DNA of 11,944 nucleotides, taken from contig JBLNCY010000002.1 of assembly GCA_050261115.1 (NCBI GenBank), positions 1 to 11,944 on the forward strand, given 5' to 3'. Position 1 is the first letter of the stretch; each line of letters begins with the position of its first letter. Of this stretch, positions 7,876-11,944 are shown in pieces. This stretch comes from Methanocella sp. Its GTDB lineage: Archaea; Thermoproteota; Bathyarchaeia; Bathyarchaeales; Bathycorpusculaceae. A model generated the notes under the pieces. It searched no databases and was not told the origin of the DNA. It was given only the letters and a program-made list of their open reading frames with translations. Both the position numbers and the translations under genes were made by a program.

Positions 7876-8025
7876 CTGTATTTGGTCTCCTTAGGGGGAG
7901 ATTACTGCAGTCGGGGAATATAAGCATAACAGCAGATTTAGAGCAAAGAGTATCTGAAACTAGATTACGACTGTGTGTTTCATGGGGTTGGCGTCTGTTG
8001 GTTTGCCGACCTACACCCTCCCTTA

Positions 8026-8062
8026 TATATAGAGTCAACTTCTGGTTGAACCCAAGCTTGAA
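8026..8062 (-). promoter_or_regulatory. Conserved 37-bp TATA-containing element, copy 2 (upstream of rpl14e-cbf5-MTase)
   Basis: Minus strand TTCAAGCTTGGGTTCAACC-AGAAG-TTGACTCTATATA; same orientation and spacing as 2549-2585. Confidence 0.65.
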
Positions 8063-8210
8063 GTGCAAACAGACCCAGACACCCCCAACGACGCATTTCC
8101 TGCCCTTGTTTAGGGGTAGACAAGGAGTGTTGTAGATAGCCTCGGCAGTAGTATCAAGCTATGATTTTTTAATAATAAAAACTCTAGACGGAGTTATGTT
8201 GGTGTTTTGA

Positions 8211-8336
8211 GTGCCTAAAACTAAAAAAGAGAAGATCGAAGGCCTAAAACAGCACAAACAACTTTTGCGTGAGAAGGAGCAGAAGAAAAAAGAGAAAAAA
8301 CAGGCGCTACTGACGGTGCAGCGGCCCAAAAGATAG
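8211..8336 (+). CDS. Putative small basic protein, 41 aa (below the ORF-track cutoff)
   Basis: GTG-start ORF MPKTKKEKIEGLKQHKQLLREKEQKKKEKKQALLTVQRPKR; GGTG SD-like at 8201-8204; TATA-like TTTAATA at 8168-8174. Confidence 0.6.
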   Translation: MPKTKKEKIEGLKQHKQLLREKEQKKKEKKQALLTVQRPKR

Positions 8337-8410
8337 CTACAGAGGAGCTGGTTTTCGGCGCCGCCATCCAGGCTACCTCTATGATACCACACTATAACCG
8401 TAAGCTTAGG

Positions 8411-10681
8411 CTACAGATCCTGGGGGGTATCGAGTGGCTTCTGGGGGAACTCGACTGTGAATCGGGTGCCTTTGCCTGTGTCACTCTCAAACGAGATAGA
8501 CCCCTTTAGGGCATCTACAAGTCGCTTAACGACCGCTAACCCTAAGCCTTGACCCTTCGATTTCGTTGTTAACAGCGGCGTAAACATTCGGGCTTTCACT
8601 TCATCGGGGATGCCTACACCTGTATCCGCGACTGAGACGACAATAGCATCCTTCTTCCTAGACACTGCAATCGTTAGCTTGCCCTGCTCCTGCATCGCCT
8701 GCATAGAATTAGTGATTAAATTTTGAAGTATACGTCTCATGTAGGCGCTGTCTGTTCTGATAAGCTTTGCATCTGCCTCTATGGAAGTATCGACTGCAAT
8801 CCCTTGCGGAATGTTAATCGTAAGCAATGTGCCATCAATTAAGTCCCCCAGGTCAACATTTTGGAAGTGGGGCTTTAGCGGCCGAGTATAATCCTGCAAG
8901 TCGCTAACAATTTTGTTGATATACAGTAGGTTACGGTTAACTGACTCTACACTTTCAATAATCGCCTGCTTGCACTCTCCATCTGGCAGCACCTTGACCT
9001 CTTCAGCGATCAAGTACATGTCGCTGGTAATTGCCTGCAACGGGTTACGTATATCATGGCCAACCATACCCGCCGTTTGACCAATAGCAGCTAATCTTTC
9101 GGCGTTTTGCAGTTGTTGAGCCCGCTGCTCCGCAAGGTCCTCTAGTTTGCTAGCGTACTTTTCAAGCTTAACTGCGTTCTCTTCAAGTTTCACCTGAACC
9201 AAAGCACGCGCTTCTTCTATCTTCTTCAATTCGTCGATGTCTGAGCAGTAGATCCTTATCAGTTGCGTGTTAGGCACAAGGTAGAGTTGCTGGCGGTACC
9301 AGTGACCGTTGACTTTTATATCTCTGCCAAAGGTGCCCGTGTCCTTGTCGTTAAATTCTCTTTTTACGGATTCCCAATCGCTAAAGAAGGTATGCTGCAA
9401 CCCTTCGGATTCGATGGTTGGAAAGAGACGTTTTGATGTAGGGTTAAGATACGTGATGTTGCCGTTTTGGTCCACTTCTATGATAGGATTGGGGTTAAGT
9501 GTTGGAAAGGAGGCTAAGCGTGCAATTTCCTTTTCTGTCTTTTTGCGTTCTGTTATGTCAACCATGGTTGTGACGATATGGGTTTCGCCCTGAAGGGTAA
9601 TCTTTTTTGTAGAAAGCAAGGTATCGATTAATTGACCGTTTTTTGCTCTAAAAGTCATCTCTATACCCTTAACGGTGTCAGCCTCGATAAGCTGCAAAAG
9701 CTTAACTTGGTCTTCAGGCGTAGGATAAACATTTAATTCACAGGTAGTGCGACCTAAGACCTCTTTCCGAGTATACCCAGAAACGCGTAGGAAGGCCTCG
9801 TTAACATCCACATAGTGTCCATCCGACCATCGTAAAATAATGGCGGCTGCAGCATTAGCTTGGAAAGCTGCTGAAAACCGCTCTTCACTCTCTTTGAGGG
9901 CGACTTCCGTCTTTTTGCGTTCGGTAATGTCGTGAACCATACCTACAGATCGAGCGATCTTCCCCGAAGCGTCACGGATATGGGTGCATTTCTCATGCAC
10001 AACCCTAACCTCGCCAGTGTCTCTACGCACTACCCTATGCTCAATCTCATACCCGCTTTGCCCGCCCCTAAGTGACTGGGTATAGGCGTCATCAACCGCT
10101 TTGCGATCATCAGGATGAACAGCGGCTAGGAAAGCGTCGTAGGTAGCGTCGAACTCTTGGGGTTTAAGGCCAAAAATTCGGTAAACCTCATTGGACCATA
10201 TTAGCTTGTTTTTGACTAAATCAAGTTCCCAGCTTCCTAATTGAGCAATCGCTTCTGATCGGTTAAGCCGTTCTTCACTTTGCTTTAGGGCTTCTTCAGC
10301 CAGTTTACGTTCAGTGATGTCTTCAAAAATGGAAATAAAAGCCTTTCTCAGGACAATAGGCTGAAACGTGCAGCCATTTCTTCCATGCCTCTGAATAGCG
10401 CTCAGTAACCATGGATTGACCAGTTAAGGCAACTTGCCCGTAGAAGTTAAGCCAGTCGGCGGGGTCACGCTTTATCTTGGGGAGAACCTCGGTTGCCTTT
10501 TTCCCACAACTTCGGATTTGCTGATTCCGTTGATGTGTTCAAACGCGGTGTTAACGTCAAGGTAGATCCAATCGGTTGGTTTCCCGTTCTTGTTAGTGAT
10601 TACTTTGCAGTATGCAACGCCTTCTGATAATTTGGAGAACAGAAATTCGACTTGTTTGGGGTTAGGTTTAATGTCTTGCAC
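8411..10681 (-). CDS. Cytoplasmic multi-PAS sensor histidine kinase (~755 aa), interrupted by two homopolymer frameshifts
   Basis: H-box GHDIRNPL, N-box NLITNS, G1 DTGVGI, G2 GQGLGL, and three DITERK PAC ends. The frame stays open upstream of 10030 to ~10336 (ISIFEDITERK..LGSWELDL..VHPDD). A middle piece (ATEVLPKI..WLNFYGQVALTG..PEKG) links it to ORF 10472-10681 via shifts at 10337-10340 and 10498-10502. Confidence 0.9.
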
Positions 10682-10859
10682 GGCCAGGTGTGACCTACCC
10701 TTGAATAATTAACTTATGTCTAGAGATGGTCTATTGGTTAATTATTAGGTTTTTTCCCATAAAACCGAAACATCAGGCAAACATAGAGCATCAAAGGGTT
10801 TAGCTGGACAATTCTTAAATCATTAAACTGTATCACAAACCTGTAAGGTGTAAACTAAA

Positions 10860-11795
10860 TTGGCACAACAACCAACCTTCAAAACAGTTTTCGTTTTCCT
10901 AGACACAGACAAATACTGCAGCCCATTTGACCTCCTCGTCGCAATAGACGCATTCCCAGACTCCATGATATTCAAATACGAAAACGTCACTGGCGAAGAC
11001 GCTCCAAAGATCGTCTATGACCTGCTCTTCCCACGCGGCCCCCTAGGAGCAGCCCACACTAAAGTCTTTATCAACGGCAGCAACTTTGAAGAAGTAGAGA
11101 AAGTCGTCGCAGCAACCCAGAAAGCCATGAGCACCGCACCATGGGGAAACAGCATCATCGTTGACCCAAGAGGCGGATACAGCACAGCAGCCGCAGCAGT
11201 CGCCAAAACCTTCGGCGCAGCCATGGAAAAAGGCCTCGGTGACTTAGAGGGCAAAAAAGTCACAGTCCTCGCAGGCACAGGCCCAGTCGGCCAAACCGCA
11301 GCCCGCATCTACGCCACTGCGAAAGCAGACGTAACAATAAGCAGCCGCAGCCTAGCAAAAGGCCAAGCAGTCGCCGACAAAATCAACGCTGAATGCGGCG
11401 CCCAACGCGTCAAAGTCGTCGAGGTCGCAAAGCCAGACCAGACCGTGGCAGCAATCAAAGACGCCGAAATCATCCTAGCAGCAGGCGCAGGCGGAGTACA
11501 GTTGCTCACCGCAGCAGACCTCGCAGCGGCACCAAACTGCAAAATCGTCGCAGACATCAACGCCATTAAACCCCTGGGTGTTGAAGGATTAGGCCCAAAC
11601 GATGATAACAAAGAAATAAAGCCAGGCGTTTGGGGCATCGGTGCATTAGCCATCGGTAAACTAAAAATCAAGACCGAGGTTGAAATGATTAAGCAAGCCA
11701 CCGCCGCAAAAGATGGACTCTTTGACTACTCCATCGCCTACAACATCGCAAAGGACCAAATCCTAAAGAAACTCGCAAAAGCAGCTGCCAAGTAA
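10860..11795 (+). CDS. NAD(P)-dependent methylene-tetrahydromethanopterin dehydrogenase, MtdA/MtdB/MtdC family
   Basis: N-terminal SPFD..VAIDA, FPRGP..HTKVFING, DPRGGYSTAAA, Rossmann VLAGTGPVG, AAGAGGVQLL, ADINAIKPLGVEG, GIGALAIGKLK; TTG start with upstream AGGTG. Confidence 0.9.
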   Translation: MAQQPTFKTVFVFLDTDKYCSPFDLLVAIDAFPDSMIFKYENVTGEDAPKIVYDLLFPRGPLGAAHTKVFINGSNFEEVEKVVAATQKAMSTAPWGNSIIVDPRGGYSTAAAAVAKTFGAAMEKGLGDLEGKKVTVLAGTGPVGQTAARIYATAKADVTISSRSLAKGQAVADKINAECGAQRVKVVEVAKPDQTVAAIKDAEIILAAGAGGVQLLTAADLAAAPNCKIVADINAIKPLGVEGLGPNDDNKEIKPGVWGIGALAIGKLKIKTEVEMIKQATAAKDGLFDYSIAYNIAKDQILKKLAKAAAK

Positions 11796-11811
11796 GTGCA
11801 GCACCCAACCA

Positions 11812-11833
11812 TTTTCTTTTTTACAAAATTTTG
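11812..11833 (+). terminator. Oligo-T terminator after the dehydrogenase gene
   Basis: TTTTCTTTTTT and TTTTT directly after the stop codon. Confidence 0.5.
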
Positions 11834-11944
11834 TTAATTGAAGTTTACTAGTTTTTGAGCGGTTGCCTTTTGAAACTGCAAAATTTTGAAGGCCAGACGA
11901 AGAAGCCAAAACTGCAGAAACCAAGAAAAATTCGGTGGTGGGGC

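Noticed and set aside
2549-8062. 37-bp repeat as a CRISPR repeat or mobile-element end
   Set aside because: Only two copies 5.5 kb apart, enclosing housekeeping genes, with no spacers, cas, transposase or integrase genes.
7876-8160. 5S rRNA, tRNA or the 68-aa ORF 7862-8068 in this gap
   Set aside because: No cloverleaf or 5S motifs seen; the ORF crosses promoter elements and overlaps the rpl14e start.
8159-8392. 77-aa Phe/Cys-rich minus-strand ORF
   Set aside because: Antisense shadow of the A-rich plus-strand microprotein frame.
9538-10322. Similar nucleotide stretches near 9540, 9910 and 10305
   Set aside because: They encode the recurring DITERK end of PAS/PAC domains.
3053-10502. Programmed frameshifting or phase variation as the cause of the four frameshifts
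   Set aside because: The runs are only 3-5 nt, occur twice per gene in two unrelated genes and match long-read deletion errors.
3948-11701. Antisense ORFs 3948-4250, 4551-4760, 5235-5510, 5695-5892, 6570-6764, 7266-7562, 7697-7894, 9309-9593, 11015-11308 and 11309-11701
   Set aside because: All lie opposite well-supported genes and lack independent motifs.

Overview
Archaeal core-genome window, probably Bathyarchaeia/TACK (inferred from the 23S style, eL14-Cbf5 linkage and protein families; not database-checked). On the minus strand it holds the 5' ~1.85 kb of a 23S rRNA gene with a hairpin-rich leader and no upstream 16S gene. Also on minus are two exported/membrane-anchored proteins, a small winged-helix protein, a CdrS-like ribbon-helix-helix protein, an eL14-Cbf5-RsmC-like methyltransferase cluster and a multi-PAS histidine kinase. 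On plus are tRNA-Thr(UGU), an unannotated 41-aa basic ORF and an MtdB/MtdC-type methylene-H4MPT dehydrogenase. The most notable observations are: (1) a fully paired tRNA-Thr with a rewired elbow (A18, T-loop AGCAAGG); (2) a 37-bp TATA-containing element shared upstream of the 23S gene and the eL14-Cbf5 cluster; (3) the stand-alone 23S gene with its structured leader. Four frameshifts, all in short homopolymers, suggest assembly indel errors.
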